DNA of 64,000 nt from Spirochaetia bacterium (GCA_965199955.1 CBDATQ010000001.1:704001-768000), one strand, 5' to 3'; shown: positions 18,846-28,920, counted from the first letter of the stretch. Notes: a model not told the origin generated them from the letters alone. Program-made: numbers and translations.

Positions 18846-20052
18846 GGTCGCCGGTCGGCGCCACGGTCCGAGTCCGCACGTGGCGGAGAAAGAGCTCCCA
18901 CTTGATCACCGACTCGCGTGGCATTACGACCTCGAACACGCGGCGCCAGGAGGAGAAGTTGAGGCGGCGCTTGAGATCGACCGCCTCGGCCCTGATGTCC
19001 GCCATCGGGATCGACCACGGGGTGATGCCGCTGACGCGGAGCGCGTCTGCCGTGAGGACCAGGTGGCCGCGGCCGACGAGCAGCGGGTCCGGATCGGTGA
19101 CGTCGTAGAGCCGCACCGGCTCGCTCTTCAGCAGCTCACCGACCGGCAGCCCGCCGTCCGCCGGCAGCCACGGCTCGGGAAAGCGGCTGCGGATGCTGTC
19201 AGCGGCCGCGCGCAGGGTCATCGGCCGCCCCCCGCTCGCGGGGTGGAGCCGCGACTCGGTGTCCACACGCCACGCAGCGCCGCAGTCTCGGCAGGACGCG
19301 ATGTCGCCGCGTTCTTCGATCGCGTCCAGCCGCAGGCAGGCCGGACAAGCGAACAGCACGTTGCTGATCCCCGCGGCCAGACGCCGCCCGCGCACCGGCC
19401 AGGCCGGCCCATCCTCGGCGTCCACGCTGATGCGCTCCTCGATGTAGCGGCGGATCGACTCCAGGGAGTCGCCGGGCGCGAAGCGGCGCGGCGGGTCCGC
19501 CTCGACGTGCACGCGGCCGCGCCGCAGCGTGGCCGCCCAGCGCGGCGACTGCCGCCAACCGTTGTACACGCGGACTGTCACCACCGGCAGGTCCATCACC
19601 CGCACCAGCTTCTCGACGCCGGGCAGGATCGGCAGCGGTCGGCCGTCCCATGTTCGCTCCCCTTCCGGGAACAGCCCGATGGAACCACCCAGGTCACGCC
19701 AGCGGCGCAGTCGGAGTATCGCGCGGGGATCGGCGGTGAACTTGCGTTTCGGCACCGCGCCGAAGAACTGGTTGATCCATCCCATCCCCCCTCCCGAGAA
19801 CGCCAACTCGGTCGACAGGAAGTGGACCGCGCGGCCGACCGCCAGCGACAGGAACATCGGGTCCAGGAGGGAGGAGTGGTTGGACACGACCAGCGCCGGC
19901 TCGCGCAGCAGCTCGCGGGGGCCGAATGTGGTGCGCACGACCGGCCGGAACGCGTAGCGGACCAGCAGTCCCAGCCACTTGACCCGCGCCTCGATGCGGC
20001 GGCGGTTGCGCGGCGTGGGCTGCAGGGGAGTCAGGCGCCGCCGGATCCGCAC
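18814..20052 (-). CDS. Lysophospholipid/glycerol acyltransferase (PlsC-like) with a C-terminal zinc ribbon
   Basis: NHSSLLD (HxxxxD), FPEGERT, CPAC...CRDC. Confidence 0.85.
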   Translation of the reverse strand: MRIRRRLTPLQPTPRNRRRIEARVKWLGLLVRYAFRPVVRTTFGPRELLREPALVVSNHSSLLDPMFLSLAVGRAVHFLSTELAFSGGGMGWINQFFGAVPKRKFTADPRAILRLRRWRDLGGSIGLFPEGERTWDGRPLPILPGVEKLVRVMDLPVVTVRVYNGWRQSPRWAATLRRGRVHVEADPPRRFAPGDSLESIRRYIEERISVDAEDGPAWPVRGRRLAAGISNVLFACPACLRLDAIEERGDIASCRDCGAAWRVDTESRLHPASGGRPMTLRAAADSIRSRFPEPWLPADGGLPVGELLKSEPVRLYDVTDPDPLLVGRGHLVLTADALRVSGITPWSIPMADIRAEAVDLKRRLNFSSWRRVFEVVMPRESVIKWELFLRHVRTRTVAPTGDLRARRRIGGG

Positions 20053-20056
20053 GGGC

Positions 20057-20743
20057 TCACCGTACGCGCGGAGCGTACTTCTGCAGGTAGGCTTCGATGC
20101 GGCCGCGTAACTCCTCGTCGATCACAGTGCGTCCGTCGACCGGTTGCCGCGACAGCACGTCGACGATCTGGCCGATGGTGGCGATCGCCGCCGTGGGCAC
20201 ATCGAACTCCTCTGGCAGCTCCTGGAGCGCGCTGCGGTCGCCGGCTCCCCGTTCCTGGCGGTCGACGGCCACCAGCAGCCCCGCGGGCCGAATCCCTGCC
20301 TCCTGCTGCAGGAGCTCCATCGCGTGCCGCTTGGATGCGCCGTCGGTGACCACGTCGTCGACGATCACCACCCGGTCGCCTGAGGCCGGGAGCCGTCCGA
20401 CCAGCAATCCGCCCTCGCCGTGATCCTTGCGCTCCTTGCGGTCGAAGCAGAAGCCGACCGGCTGCGCGCGGTCCCGGCTCAGCGCCATCGCCGCCGCCGC
20501 CGCCAGCGTGATGCCCTTGTAGGCCGGACCGAACAGCAGCGTCGCGTCTGGAAACCGGTCGGCGATGGCAGCGGCGTAGTAGCCGCCGAGCTCGCTCAGA
20601 GCTGCTCCGTCCGCGCACCCGCCGGTGTTGAAGAAGTACGGCGAAGCGCGTCCGGACTTGGTCGTGAACCGGCCGAAGCGCAGCAGGCCGGCGCGTACCG
20701 CAAACCGGGCGAAGCGTTCCCGATAGTCCGGCCCCCGCGTCAC
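20057..20743 (-). CDS. pyrE: Orotate phosphoribosyltransferase
   Basis: FTTKSGRASPYFFN, FGPAYKGI, RKERKDHGEGG, IVDDVVTDG. GTG 20743 preferred because TGCTATGAT (-10) lies 7 nt upstream. Confidence 0.95.
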   Translation of the reverse strand: MTRGPDYRERFARFAVRAGLLRFGRFTTKSGRASPYFFNTGGCADGAALSELGGYYAAAIADRFPDATLLFGPAYKGITLAAAAAMALSRDRAQPVGFCFDRKERKDHGEGGLLVGRLPASGDRVVIVDDVVTDGASKRHAMELLQQEAGIRPAGLLVAVDRQERGAGDRSALQELPEEFDVPTAAIATIGQIVDVLSRQPVDGRTVIDEELRGRIEAYLQKYAPRVR

Positions 20744-21056
20744 GCGCGCGATCATAGCAGCAGAGTCGACCTTCCTGAGTGGCTTCCGGTCCCGGTATCA
20801 TACCTCATGAAGTCGGCGTTCTGCATCGTGATCGGCATCCTGAATCCTTCTGCTCGGTCAGCCCGGCGGCGCGTACAGCAAAGTGCGCTGCGGTTTCAGT
20901 CAGGGCTCGTACCGGAAGCGAGCGTGGCGACTTCTCGACCGGTCTGTCTGGAGTCGCCCGAGGCGGACATCGAAGGGTCTTCAGAACTTCGTGCGGGCGA
21001 GACCGTGGAAGGTGCGACCGCGGCGGCCTCCGGGTCCGATCCTGCGGAAGGACCGT

Positions 21057-21370
21057 TCATCCGTGGGGCGCGTGCCGATGCCGGTGGTGGGCATGACAGA
21101 GCAATCGGAGATTCACGGCATCGGGGCCACCGCCCAGCGAATAGGGCAGGATGTGGTCTATCTCGATCAGATGTCGTGAGTTGCAACGGCGTCCGGTCTT
21201 CCGATCGAGGTAGCTGCAGCGGCCGCCGTCCCGCTGCCGGTGCGCGCCCGGCGTGGCGGCCGGCTCGGGTCGTGGCGGTCGAGCGCCTCCTGCACGATGC
21301 GGCCGACGAGCTGCCCCACGGTCATGCGCGGGTCCACGTGCGAGAGCAACCCACGGAGCTGTTCCAGATA
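21057..21370 (-). pseudogene. HNH endonuclease remnant, internally deleted and frameshifted
   Basis: One frame reads LEQLRGLLSHVDPRMTVGQLVGRIVQEALDRHDP. A second frame reads QRDGGRCSYLDRKTGRRCNSRHLIEIDHILPYSLGGGPDAVNLRLLCHAHHRHRH* (HNH motif) and has no start. Confidence 0.8.
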
Positions 21371-21410
21371 TCCATCGTTGGTCGGTCCGGGACCCGCACG
21401 CGATCCGCGA

Positions 21411-21956
21411 TCAGCGGGCGCTGAAGGGGGCGCCGGGCGGCCGAACGGGCATCCGAGCTTTCGGGAACGCCGGAAGGGGGGCGTACGTGCGGTGGCGTGT
21501 CAACTCGCAGGCGCGTTCCCATCCGACGCTGTCGTAGCGCTTCCCGTGCTGGTAGTTCAGGAAAGCACGCCGGACGTACGGGATCATGTTCGGCGGTAGA
21601 TCGTCCACGGCGCGCCACGTCAACTCGTCGTGACTCTCCGGTTCAGCGTTGACGACCAAGCCCTCCCAGGTGCGAGCGGTCAGGAAGAAGGCGACCGAAA
21701 TGTACCCGTCGTCAGCCCTGCGATGGATGACTCCGACCACTTCGAGGTCCGATGGATGAACCTGAACCCCGACCTCCTCCCTGGCTTCCCTGCTCGCAGC
21801 GGCGGTAACCGGTTCGTTGGCCTCGACATGTCCGGCAACCACGCAGTAGTTCCCGTTCTCGTAGTCCGTGTTGCAGCGCCGTAGCAGCAGTACCCTGCCG
21901 TGCCGGTCCAGCAGGAACAGATGAACTTCGGGAACCAGCCTGAATCGGTCGGACAT
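21411..21956 (-). CDS. NUDIX hydrolase
   Basis: Nudix box GHVEANEPVTAAASREAREEVG; GGAGG RBS. Confidence 0.88.
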   Translation of the reverse strand: MSDRFRLVPEVHLFLLDRHGRVLLLRRCNTDYENGNYCVVAGHVEANEPVTAAASREAREEVGVQVHPSDLEVVGVIHRRADDGYISVAFFLTARTWEGLVVNAEPESHDELTWRAVDDLPPNMIPYVRRAFLNYQHGKRYDSVGWERACELTRHRTYAPLPAFPKARMPVRPPGAPFSAR

Positions 21957-22056
21957 GGAGCCTCCGCGTCGGTGGGTCCGATGTTCGCGGTCCGCCGGAC
22001 CACGGTCAATCGGCCCGGACGGTTGACGCGGCCGGCCTGCGCCGGTACAAGGAACG

Positions 22057-22917
22057 ATGCGCGCCATACGAGTCGCCTGCGGTCAATTCGAGGCCGGCAG
22101 CCTGTCCGACAACGTGGCAATCATGCGCGATCAGGCGGGTGAGGCCCGGTCGCGCGGTGCCGAGATCATCGTCTTTCCGGAGCTGGCGCTCACCGGCTAT
22201 CTGCCCGCGCCACAGGTCCTCGCCCACTGCCAGCCACTCGATGGAGACGGCGTGGAGCGTATGTGCGGCGTCGCGCGAGAGCACGGCATCGCCATCGTCT
22301 TCGGCCTGCCCGAAATCACCGGCGGCATGCGCTACAACACCATGCTCGCCGTCGACGCGACCGGCGCCATCGCCGGGGTCTATCGCAAGATCCACCTCTG
22401 GAAGACCGAGAACTGGGCGCAGCCCGGAACCTCGATCGATCCCTACGAGCTGGCCGGCGTCACCTGCGCGTCGTGGATCTGCTACGACACGCGGTTCCCG
22501 GAGATCGGCCGCGCGGCGGCGCTGGCCGGCGCCGATCTGTGCATGATCTCGACGGCGTGGCTGGGGCCGGGCGACGAGTGGGAACTTGCCGTCCGGTCGC
22601 GCGCGCTGGACAATTCCGTGTTCGTCGCCGGCTCGGACATCATCAATCCCGATCCCTCGCTGCGGACCTGTGGCCGCAGCCTGATCGTCACTCCGAAGGG
22701 TCACGTGCTGGCGCGCGCGGCCGAGGACACGCCGGGCGTCATCGTCGCCGACCTGGATCCGGAGGAGCAGCAGGCGCAGAAGGACCGCGTGCCGCTGCTT
22801 AGCGACCGGCGCATGGAGACGCTGCTCGATCCGGCGCCCGGCGCACATGACCCCGGCATGCTGCAGTCGGTGGCCGGGTCGTCGCGCCGGCCGGCGATCT
22901 GGCGGCCCGGCGCCTGA
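22057..22917 (+). CDS. Carbon-nitrogen hydrolase (nitrilase superfamily)
   Basis: FPELALTGY, YRKIHL, ICYDTRFPE (E-K-C triad). Confidence 0.92.
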   Translation: MRAIRVACGQFEAGSLSDNVAIMRDQAGEARSRGAEIIVFPELALTGYLPAPQVLAHCQPLDGDGVERMCGVAREHGIAIVFGLPEITGGMRYNTMLAVDATGAIAGVYRKIHLWKTENWAQPGTSIDPYELAGVTCASWICYDTRFPEIGRAAALAGADLCMISTAWLGPGDEWELAVRSRALDNSVFVAGSDIINPDPSLRTCGRSLIVTPKGHVLARAAEDTPGVIVADLDPEEQQAQKDRVPLLSDRRMETLLDPAPGAHDPGMLQSVAGSSRRPAIWRPGA

Positions 22918-22929
22918 GGGCGCACGCAC

Positions 22930-23988
22930 GTGTCGGTCGGCTTCGGAATCGTCGGCACCGGTCTGATCGCCGGCATGCACGCCCAGGCGCTTGCGGGGGT
23001 GGCCTCCGCGCGGTTGGTGGCGTGCCTGTCCCGCGATGCCGAGCGCGCCGGGCAGTTCGCAAAGGAGCATGGCTGCGCGGCCTTCAGCGACCTCGACGCC
23101 TTCCTGGCGCATCCCGGCCTGGACGCGGTGAGCATCTGCACGCCGTCCGGGGCACACCTGGAGACGGCGCTGGCCGCCACCGCGGCCGGCAAGCACCTGT
23201 TCGTGGAGAAGCCGCTGGAGGTCACCCTGGAGCGTTGCCGCCGCATCGTCGACGTGGCGGACGCCGCGGGGGTGATCTGCTCCGGCGTCTTCCAGTCGCG
23301 ATCGCTGGCCGACGTGCTCCTGATCAAGCAGGCACTGGAGCAGGGACGATTCGGCGACGTCGTCGTCGGCGACGCCATCGTCAAGTGGGTGCGGCCGGCC
23401 AGCTACTACCAGGACAGTTGGCACGGAACCCGCGCGCTCGACGGCGGCGGAGCGCTGATGAACCAGTCCATCCACACCATCGACCTGCTGCAGTGGCTGC
23501 TCGGCCCCATCGAGTCGGTGCAGGCGTTCACGACGCGCCGCGCCCACGCCGGGCTGGAGGTGGAGGACACGGCGGTCGCGGCGGTCCGCTTCGCGTCCGG
23601 TGCGCTCGGCACCATCGTGGGGTCGACCGCCATCCATCCGGGCTTCGAGCGTCGCATCGAGATCGGCGGCACGGCCGGCAGTGCCGTGCTGGTCGGCGAC
23701 ACCATCGGGGAGTGGCACTTCTCGGAGGAAACCGATGAGGACCGGGCGCTCCGCGAACGCCGCGCCGACGTCGATCCGGACCGCGGCGGCGCCTCTGACC
23801 CCGCCGGCGTGGGCATCGCCGGCCATCGGCGGCAATACGAGGAGCTGACGGCGGCCATCCTGGCCGGCGAAACGCCCGACATCGACGGCCGCGCGGCGAC
23901 GGCGGCGGTCGCCATCGTCCTGGCGATCTACGAGAGCGCGCGATCCGGGCGGCCGGTTACTCCCGACGTTCCGCCGGCAGCTTCGTAA
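22930..23988 (+). CDS. Gfo/Idh/MocA oxidoreductase
   Basis: GIVGTG, EKPL, GGGALMNQSIHTID. Confidence 0.92.
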   Translation: MSVGFGIVGTGLIAGMHAQALAGVASARLVACLSRDAERAGQFAKEHGCAAFSDLDAFLAHPGLDAVSICTPSGAHLETALAATAAGKHLFVEKPLEVTLERCRRIVDVADAAGVICSGVFQSRSLADVLLIKQALEQGRFGDVVVGDAIVKWVRPASYYQDSWHGTRALDGGGALMNQSIHTIDLLQWLLGPIESVQAFTTRRAHAGLEVEDTAVAAVRFASGALGTIVGSTAIHPGFERRIEIGGTAGSAVLVGDTIGEWHFSEETDEDRALRERRADVDPDRGGASDPAGVGIAGHRRQYEELTAAILAGETPDIDGRAATAAVAIVLAIYESARSGRPVTPDVPPAAS

Positions 23989-24001
23989 GCGTCCCTGACT
24001 G

Positions 24002-24034
24002 GCGGTCTGCGGTCCGTTCCTGACCGCAGACCGC
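24002..24034. terminator. Perfect 13-bp hairpin after the oxidoreductase (terminator or mRNA-stabilising stem)
   Basis: GCGGTCTGCGGTC-CGTTCCT-GACCGCAGACCGC; no U-tract. Confidence 0.45.
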
Positions 24035-24061
24035 GGTCCTGCCCGCGGATCGCGTCGGAGG

Positions 24062-24090
24062 TTGTGTGTGAGGGGTTGACCGCCTACACT
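24062..24090 (+). promoter_or_regulatory. sigma70-like promoter for the moxR operon, probably leaderless
   Basis: TTGTGT-17 nt-TACACT, ATG 8 nt downstream, no SD. Confidence 0.5.
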
Positions 24091-24098
24091 CGGCCGTT

Positions 24099-25061
24099 AT
24101 GGACGTGCGCAGCTGGTCGCAGACGATCGTCGACGAAGTCGGCAAGGTGATCCTCGGCAAGGAGCAGGTGATCCGCCGGCTGCTGATCGCCCTGCTGTGC
24201 CGCGGCCACGCGTTGCTGGAGGACGTGCCCGGCGTGGGCAAGACCATCCTGGCGCGGGCGCTGTCGCTGGCGCTGGGAGGCGAGTTCCGGCGCATCCAGT
24301 GCACGCCCGACCTGTTGCCGGCCGACGTGCTGGGCGTCTCGGTCTACAACCCCAAGTCCGGAGACTTCGACTTCAAGGAAGGCCCGGTCATGACCAACAT
24401 CCTGCTGGTGGACGAGGTCAACCGCGCCACGCCGCGCACGCAGTCCGCGCTGCTGGAGGCGATGGCGGAGGGGCAGATCAGCGTCGAGGGCAAGACCACT
24501 CCGCTGCCGCAGCCGTTCTTCATGATCGCCACGGAGAACCCGGTCGAGTTCGAGGGCACGTTCAACCTGCCGGAGGCGCAGAAGGACCGCTTCTTTCTCA
24601 CGCTGCGCATGGGCTATCCCCCGCCGGAAGCGGAGGAGGAGATCATGCTGGCGCAGCGCCGGCTCACGCATCCGGTCACCGACCTCAAGCCCGCCACCGA
24701 TCTCGAGCAGGTGCTGTCACTCCAGCAGCAGATCCTGGACGTCGAGGTCGCGGACGAGGTGCAGGAGTACATCCTGACCCTGGTGGAGGCGACCCGCAGC
24801 GACAACCGGCTGAACCTTGGCGCCTCGCCGCGCGCGTCGATGGCGCTGTACAAGGGCGCGCAGGCGGTGGCGGCCATGAGCGGCCGCACGAGCGCCACGA
24901 TCGACGACGTGGTCGATTTGGCGCCGGGAGTCCTGCTGAAACGGATCAGCGTCAGGTCGGAGCATCAGCTCAAGGGTCTGGACGAGGATCTCGTGATAGA
25001 CGGCCTGCTGGACTCGACGCCACGGGAGCCGGTCGCCGTCGCAGAAGCAACCGACGGCTGA
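24099..25061 (+). CDS. moxR: MoxR family AAA+ ATPase (copy 1)
   Basis: EDVPGVGKT, TPDLLPAD, DEVNRATPRTQSALLEAM, ATENPVE. Confidence 0.93.
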   Translation: MDVRSWSQTIVDEVGKVILGKEQVIRRLLIALLCRGHALLEDVPGVGKTILARALSLALGGEFRRIQCTPDLLPADVLGVSVYNPKSGDFDFKEGPVMTNILLVDEVNRATPRTQSALLEAMAEGQISVEGKTTPLPQPFFMIATENPVEFEGTFNLPEAQKDRFFLTLRMGYPPPEAEEEIMLAQRRLTHPVTDLKPATDLEQVLSLQQQILDVEVADEVQEYILTLVEATRSDNRLNLGASPRASMALYKGAQAVAAMSGRTSATIDDVVDLAPGVLLKRISVRSEHQLKGLDEDLVIDGLLDSTPREPVAVAEATDG

Positions 25062-25065
25062 CCCG

Positions 25066-26259
25066 GTGGCGATCAACGCCGGAGGGCGGCTGCGCTTCTT
25101 CGTAGACCTCCTGTTCCCACTGGTGCTCCTGGGGACGTTCCTGTTCGCGCCGTTCCGCCCGTTCCGCTTCGCGGTCCTGGCGCTGCTGGTGGTCCGCGGC
25201 CTGTCGCTGCTGTACGCGTACCTGGTCCCGCGGCTGGTGCAGGTGACCCGCAGCGAGACGCTCATCCACGCGCAGCGATTCCAGCGCTTCCGCGTGACGC
25301 TGGACCTGCACAACCGGGGGCCGATCCCGATTCACTACCTGACGGTGGCCGACACCTATGGCAACTTCGTGGTGCGCGGCGGCTCGTTCATGGTTGCCCT
25401 GCCCCCGGGCGGGCGCACTCAGGTGACCTACGAGGCGGAGAGCCACTACCGCGGCGAGTTCTCACTGGGCCCGGTGCGGTTGCGCGGTTCCGACCCGATG
25501 GGCTTCTTCAGTTGGGACCACCAGTCGCCGACGCCGGGCACCGTGCTGGTCTACCCGGCGGTGTTCCCGGTGGAGATGCACGAGAAGGACGGTCTGCCCT
25601 CCGGCAGCATCACGGTGTCCAGCCGCCTCTACGAGGACACGACCCGGTTCCGTTCCGTGCGCGAGTACGTGGCGGGCGACGAGTTGAAGCGGATCAACTG
25701 GAAAGTGTCGGCGCGCATGGGGAAGCTGTTCTCCACCGAGTACACGCCATCCATCTACTACCCGGTCATGATCGTGCTGAACCTCACGGAGGCCGATTAC
25801 CCGATGGGGCAGCGCGAGCACCTCATGGAACGCGCGATCGAGGTGGCCGGCAGCCTGCTGTTCTTTTTCGTCAGCCTCAAGCAGGAGGTCGGCATCATCA
25901 CTACCGGCTCGATCCGCGGCAGCGAGCAGCCTCCCTCGGAGCCCGCTCGGGCGGGGGTGGGCCATGCCATCGGCATCCTGGAGATGCTGGCCCGCGTCAC
26001 CGCCGGCAAGGAACCGATCGACTTCACCGGCCACGTGCTGGCGTGCGGGGTGCCGATTCCCACCGGCGCCAAGGTGATGGTGGTGACCCCGCCGACCACG
26101 CAGGCCCAGAACGATTCCCTGGTAGGGCTGCGCCGACGCGGACACGACGTGCAGGTGTTCGTCGTCTCCACGCACCAGACCCGTGAAGAAGACGTCGTGG
26201 TGCCCGGCATACGCTCGCACGCGGTGCGCGGCTACGGCTCGGAGCTGATCCAGCGATGA
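25066..26259 (+). CDS. DUF58 domain membrane protein
   Basis: VREYVAGDELKRINWKVSAR; N-terminal TM segments; follows moxR. Confidence 0.88.
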   Translation: MAINAGGRLRFFVDLLFPLVLLGTFLFAPFRPFRFAVLALLVVRGLSLLYAYLVPRLVQVTRSETLIHAQRFQRFRVTLDLHNRGPIPIHYLTVADTYGNFVVRGGSFMVALPPGGRTQVTYEAESHYRGEFSLGPVRLRGSDPMGFFSWDHQSPTPGTVLVYPAVFPVEMHEKDGLPSGSITVSSRLYEDTTRFRSVREYVAGDELKRINWKVSARMGKLFSTEYTPSIYYPVMIVLNLTEADYPMGQREHLMERAIEVAGSLLFFFVSLKQEVGIITTGSIRGSEQPPSEPARAGVGHAIGILEMLARVTAGKEPIDFTGHVLACGVPIPTGAKVMVVTPPTTQAQNDSLVGLRRRGHDVQVFVVSTHQTREEDVVVPGIRSHAVRGYGSELIQR

Positions 26260-27863
26260 ATCCCGACCGCCTGCGCTTCTACCGGAACACCCTGCATCCG
26301 TTCCTGTCGATCGCCATCCCGTTCCTGCTGCTGCTGTCGGTGGAGACCTTCGTGCGGGCCATGGTCCTGCACGCCGTGCTGCCGCTGCCCGGCTACCTGT
26401 GGGCGGTGCTGGCGCTGGTGGGCGTGATCCAGGCGGTGGCCGCCAACCGCGCGGCCGAGGAGGGGACCTCCAGCATCGCGCCGCGCCTCCGCGAGCTGCT
26501 GCTGATTCTGATCGGAACGCTGGTGCTGTTCATGCTGGCGCAGGGCCACCTGCTGCGCCTCGACATCAATCCGGTCAAGGCCGATGTGCTGTATCCGCTG
26601 GCGCTGACCTTCGTCTACTGGATCATCGCCTTCGGCCTGCACCGCAACATGCGCGAGCGCGAGGCGTTCCTGGCGCTGGTGGTGGGGCGGGACGGCGACC
26701 AGCTCAAGACCGCGTTCCGGGACTACTCCGAGGAGGCGACCACCTCCTCCGCCCGCATGCGCGCGCTGCGCCGCGCCATCCTGTGGTTCCAGTCGCTGTC
26801 CCTGATCGCGTTCCTGATCCTGCTGATCGCGGTCGATCCGATCGACCCGTGGTGGACGGTGCTGGCGCTCGGCCACGTAGGCTTCGGGCTGGTCTTCCTG
26901 GCGATCGTCAACGGCTTCATGGAGGAGCAGCAGCATCTGGGCCAGGGGCTGCCGGTGCCGCCTGCGCTGCAACGCCGCCGCGTGCGCGCCACGGTGCTGA
27001 CGTTGCTGTTGACCGCGGTGGTGGTGATGCCGCTCACCGGCCGGGAGGCGCTGCTGCCGGCGGAGGCGATCGGCGCATTCATGGAGTGGCTGGAGGAGCG
27101 CCTGCGGCTGCCGGAGCGCGAGGTCAAGGTCAGGGTCCGCGAAGGCGGGGACACGGAGGCCTTCCAGGAGGACTTTCGGGAACCCGATCTGGGCGACCTG
27201 AGCGGTGAGCGCGAGGAGAACGACTTCCTGGAGCGGCTGGTGAGGATCGTGCTGATCTCCATCGGCGCGCTGATCCTGATCGGATTGCTCTATTTCCTGG
27301 TGCGCCCACTGCTGTCGCGCGACTACCGGGAACGGCTGCGCCAGGCGCGGCCGCTCGCCCGGCTGGCGGCCGCGGTCGGCCGCTTCTTCACGGCGTTCGC
27401 CGAGTCCGTGCGGCGCATGATCGAGGCGTTTTCCCGCTCGAGGCAGTCGCTCGCCCGGTTCGGCGAGTCGCTGGTCGAGCGCGCCCGCGAGCGCAGCGCT
27501 GCGCGGGCCGCGGCCCGCGCCCGCGATGCGGAGCTCGACAGGCAGCGCCAGCGCGCGATCGGGCAGGCGTCCAAGGCGTTCGTGAGGCTGATCCGCTGGG
27601 CCGAGCGCGGTGGCGTGCCGTTCCGGAAGTGGATGGGGCCGATGGAGTACCTGATGCTGGTGGCGGAACGCTCGACCTCCAACGCCAGAGCGCTGATGGA
27701 GATCGGCACCATCTTCGAGCAGATCGCCTACGCGGCGACCGATCCGCCGCAGGAACGGTCGCAGACCTATTACAACCTCATCAAAGAGGTGACTCGCCAA
27801 CGCATGCAGGAGCCGGTACCAAGCCGCGCACCGGACGCCTCGCTGGCTCCGGTGGCGCGGTGA
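26256..27863 (+). CDS. Multi-pass membrane protein with a DUF4129-like C-terminus
   Basis: About 8 hydrophobic segments; C-terminal FVRLIRWAERGG...GPMEY...FEQIAY. Confidence 0.6.
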   Translation: MNPDRLRFYRNTLHPFLSIAIPFLLLLSVETFVRAMVLHAVLPLPGYLWAVLALVGVIQAVAANRAAEEGTSSIAPRLRELLLILIGTLVLFMLAQGHLLRLDINPVKADVLYPLALTFVYWIIAFGLHRNMREREAFLALVVGRDGDQLKTAFRDYSEEATTSSARMRALRRAILWFQSLSLIAFLILLIAVDPIDPWWTVLALGHVGFGLVFLAIVNGFMEEQQHLGQGLPVPPALQRRRVRATVLTLLLTAVVVMPLTGREALLPAEAIGAFMEWLEERLRLPEREVKVRVREGGDTEAFQEDFREPDLGDLSGEREENDFLERLVRIVLISIGALILIGLLYFLVRPLLSRDYRERLRQARPLARLAAAVGRFFTAFAESVRRMIEAFSRSRQSLARFGESLVERARERSAARAAARARDAELDRQRQRAIGQASKAFVRLIRWAERGGVPFRKWMGPMEYLMLVAERSTSNARALMEIGTIFEQIAYAATDPPQERSQTYYNLIKEVTRQRMQEPVPSRAPDASLAPVAR

Positions 27864-27935
27864 CTCAGGCGACGCCCGAAGGATTCGGCGGCGGCGTGAA
27901 CGGCGTGCTCTTGGCGGACAGAGAGGAGTGATTCG

Positions 27936-28889
27936 ATGGCAGACGTGAAGGCATGGGCCGAGCGGTTGCGCGGCTCGGTGGAGCAGGCGTTCTTCGGCAA
28001 GGCCGACTCGGTCGAACGGGTGCTGGTGGCCTTGCTGTGCCGCGGCCACGTGCTGATCGAGGACGTGCCCGGCACCGGCAAGACCGTGCTCGGGCGCGCG
28101 GTGGCCAAGAGCATCGGCGGCGAGTTCCGCCAGCTCCAATGCACCCCGGACCTGCTGCCCGCCGACGTGCTGGGCGTGTCGGTCTTCAACCCGCAGACCG
28201 GGGAGTTCGACTTCCGCGAGGGTCCGATCATGACCAACATGCTGCTGGTCGACGAGATCAACCGCGCCACGCCGCGCACGCAGTCGGCGCTGCTGGAGGC
28301 GATGGCCGAAGGCCAGGTCTCGGTCGAAGGCCGCAGCCAGCCGCTGCCCAATCCGTTCGTGCTGATCGCCACCGAGAGCCCGGTGGAGTCGGAGGACACC
28401 TTCCCGCTGCCGGAGGTGCAGAAGGACCGGTTCTTTCTGTCGATCAAGATCGGCTACCCGTCGCGCGAGGCGGAGAAGTCCGTGATCGCCATGCAGCGCG
28501 TCATCGAGCCACCGCTGGACCGCATCGTGCCGGTGACCGGCATCGATACCCTGCTTGAGATGCAGGAGGCGGTGATGGAGGTGCACGTCGAGCCGTCCAT
28601 CCGGCGCTATATCCTGGCGATCATCAACAGCACGCGGGAGGACAACCGCCTGATGATCGGCGTGTCGCCGCGCGGTTCGCTGGCCATGTTCAAGGGCAGC
28701 CAGGCGCTGGCCGCCGTGCGCGGCCGGGACTTCGTCACGCCGGAGGATGTCCGCGACCTCGCGCCCTCCGTGCTGCGCAAGCGGCTGCTGCTCAAGTCCG
28801 AGCACACCGCCAAGGGCATGACCGAGGATGCGGCGGTCGACGATCTGCTCGAGTCCGTGGACGTTCCGCCGCTCGCCGAGGCCGTGTAA
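27936..28889 (+). CDS. moxR: MoxR family AAA+ ATPase (copy 2)
   Basis: EDVPGTGKT, DEINRATPRTQSALLEAM, ATESPVE; GAGGAG RBS. Confidence 0.92.
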   Translation: MADVKAWAERLRGSVEQAFFGKADSVERVLVALLCRGHVLIEDVPGTGKTVLGRAVAKSIGGEFRQLQCTPDLLPADVLGVSVFNPQTGEFDFREGPIMTNMLLVDEINRATPRTQSALLEAMAEGQVSVEGRSQPLPNPFVLIATESPVESEDTFPLPEVQKDRFFLSIKIGYPSREAEKSVIAMQRVIEPPLDRIVPVTGIDTLLEMQEAVMEVHVEPSIRRYILAIINSTREDNRLMIGVSPRGSLAMFKGSQALAAVRGRDFVTPEDVRDLAPSVLRKRLLLKSEHTAKGMTEDAAVDDLLESVDVPPLAEAV

Positions 28890-28920
28890 GGCTCGCGGCG
28901 GCGGGGAGGAACGCACCCCC

